NCBI GenBank assembly: GCA_049724395.1
Contig: JAUGWO010000065.1
Coordinates: 62,001 to 126,000 of the forward strand
DNA: 64,000 nucleotides
Direction: 5' to 3'
Origin: Spongospora subterranea f. sp. subterranea
Taxonomy: Eukaryota
Shown: one piece after another, positions 61,916-64,000 of the stretch
Layout: every line of letters begins with the position of its first letter
Numbering within the stretch: position 1 is the first letter of the stretch
The notes under the pieces: model-generated
The model's database searches: none
Told to the model about the DNA's origin: nothing
What the model saw: the letters and a program-made list of their open reading frames with translations, nothing else
Position numbers and translations under genes: made by a program

Positions 61916-63122
61916 TTGTTAAGGTCAGAAAAAAAATGATTATTGGCCGATGACGGCGACTGGTAATGCAGCGATTGCTGGCAGCTTGGGGCCTGCTAGC
62001 CAAACCCAGCAGCAAAGACGCGAGGACGATGAAATATGTACTGGAATTGCAACAAAATGGGGTTGCAGTTTTCAGGATTTCACTAACGAGATCAGGCAGT
62101 GTTCATGTACACTGTCCAGTGATTACGGCGACGGAGCTTCTTCGTGAACCGGGTTGCGCTTGAGAATTCCCACACGTCACGGAGGCTGCGCCGTGCATGT
62201 CAATGCCATGCAAGTTCCCTTGAAAATAGTCAAACTACAAAACGGCGTTATAGTGCGTAGAGTAGACAACCAGAAGATCGTCTGTTGTTACAGCAGCCAT
62301 CGTGTGGGTCACCAACCAAACATAGCTATTGTAGCGTTATTTGTTGATTCTGCAGTAATGTAAACACCGCTAACCAGGGCAGTCACCGCTTGCAGCTGCT
62401 GTGATTCATGCAGCTCGTGGGGAACAGCGTCGGGATGGGATGTGGGTGTGTTTTTGGATCTGCCTGACCCACTCGCTGACTGCCTGAAGAAGGGAGCAGT
62501 ACATGGCCTCGAACGTCAGAAAAAGAACAGCGATGCTCTATAATATAGTAGAAAGATGTTCCAGTTCGTCGACGAGTTGCTGAAACTTAACCAATTTCCC
62601 GACTGATAACGAGTGGCAATTGGGTCCAGGAACTATCAACATTTCATAAGATTGATCCATGCAGTGGCGGATCAATATCTGCATCGGCAGTTCACAGCTA
62701 TCCGAGTTTACCGGATAAAGTCAGATCGTGTAAGTGTCGTCATGTTTATCATATTAAATTGCATTCGGTCAGGAGCAGACATCAAACTTGATAAAACTTT
62801 TGAAACTTTAAGATCCGGGTTTGAGTTGACCCAAGTAAATATCCTTTTTTGTTATCCACGGTACCAAACTGAAAACTTTAGCCACCGACAGTGCAGTTCT
62901 GGATTTCGTCTCAAGAACCCTCTTTTTCTCGGCCTCGTTCTCGCCGATATGGACCTGTAATGTTTTGGACAATATATTCGGCAGCGTATGGACTGAAGTT
63001 AAATGAACCAGAAGGGCTTCTGAAGGCTGATCCGGAACTGGATGACGGAATCGCCGTCTTCATTGTCGCGAGAACGGACGGGTCGTCGAAACAAATTTGA
63101 ATATCAAAATCGTTAAACACGT

Positions 63123-64000
63123 TTATTCGGGGTTGATTTGAACATTATTTAAAGTAGACCCTGCCATGATGTCCATCATTGTTTGATGATAATTATTAAC
63201 TTGAAAATTTAACTGTTCAAATTTTTTCCGAAGAGCAAGCGTGGATTCCTCATGATTGGACTCAATCATAGTTATCTCTCTTCGGGTTTCTTCCGCTTCC
63301 GCCTTGTTGTCCTGAATCTACAACCAAATCAACATCAACGCAACGATGAGGCAGATACAAGTCAGTACTTGTTTCGTTTGTTGCTTTAACTTTTCCAGAA
63401 CAGACGCTTTTTCCGCTTCCACTTCTTTCAAAGCCATATCTGCATCTAACTTCTTTTTTTCAAATTGTGATTGTAATCGCATCAATCTGTCTGTTGCTTT
63501 GGAAAGTTGCTCGCGGACAAACCGCTCTTCTCGCACAGTTTCATTGATGTGATCTTCATTAACCCCCACTGCAGTAGCTAATTCTTTGATTTCTTTTGCT
63601 GATTGTTTACACTGACTTAAAACCTCTGTGATCTCAACAATCTCGTTGATCTAGATTGACATTTCAACACAAGGAAAACAGTGCATGCCAACGCAAAGCC
63701 TACACGCTTATTAGTCCTTCCATCGGCCTTCTTGATCAACGCTAACCGATCATCTAACTGCCGCATGGTTTTAGTAACAGAATCGATTTCTCTCTTTTCC
63801 GCTTCAACGCTTTCAGTCATGGATGTCAAAGTTCGCTTCAGTCTGTAGTTGCATTTAACAAACGCGAACCGTCACTGCTACAGATACTGACCTCTCAGGG
63901 GATCGTACGATTTGAGAAGAAATTTTCTCAATATCGCTGCGCATGTTTAAGAATTTGAATTTATCGCCTTCGCTGACATCCATTCAGCTTCGCTGTTTTT
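63123..64000 (-). CDS. 3' end of a coiled-coil protein, NUF2-like (runs off the window)
   Basis: Spliced heptad-rich exons EERFVREQLSKATDRLMRLQSQFEKKK...FEQLNFQVNNYHQTMMDIM resemble the Nuf2 C-terminus. The diagnostic N-terminus is outside the window. Confidence 0.45.

Overview
Gene-dense eukaryotic nuclear DNA with many short GT-AG introns (mostly ~45-60 nt) and a flagellar gene (IFT22). This suggests a compact-genome flagellated protist; a plasmodiophorid-like organism is a guess, not demonstrated. The first ~8 kb holds transposon debris (internally deleted Ty1/copia, foldback repeat, rearranged repeat) plus two intronless genes. Then follow TFB5, a RING-H2 gene, RPB1, two tandem ABCC transporters separated by a ~4.7 kb transposon island, RRB1/GRWD1, IFT22, TRM82/WDR4, PRP16, a SAM-type mitochondrial carrier, a small secreted protein, a BAR-like plus auxilin-J protein, SPT6, TMF1, VPS9, ADA2 and a NUF2-like 3' end. 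The most unusual signal is the RPB1 CTD: its only long tandem run is FSPTSPS (Phe instead of Tyr1), and it sits in its own frame-neutral exon. Other notable items are a near-identical tract between the ABCC paralogues containing a structured intron, a stand-alone protein resembling the ArgRS leucine zipper, and several +1 frameshifts in essential genes that are probably assembly errors. Family calls come from recalled motifs; no database search was run. Spans of multi-exon genes include introns.
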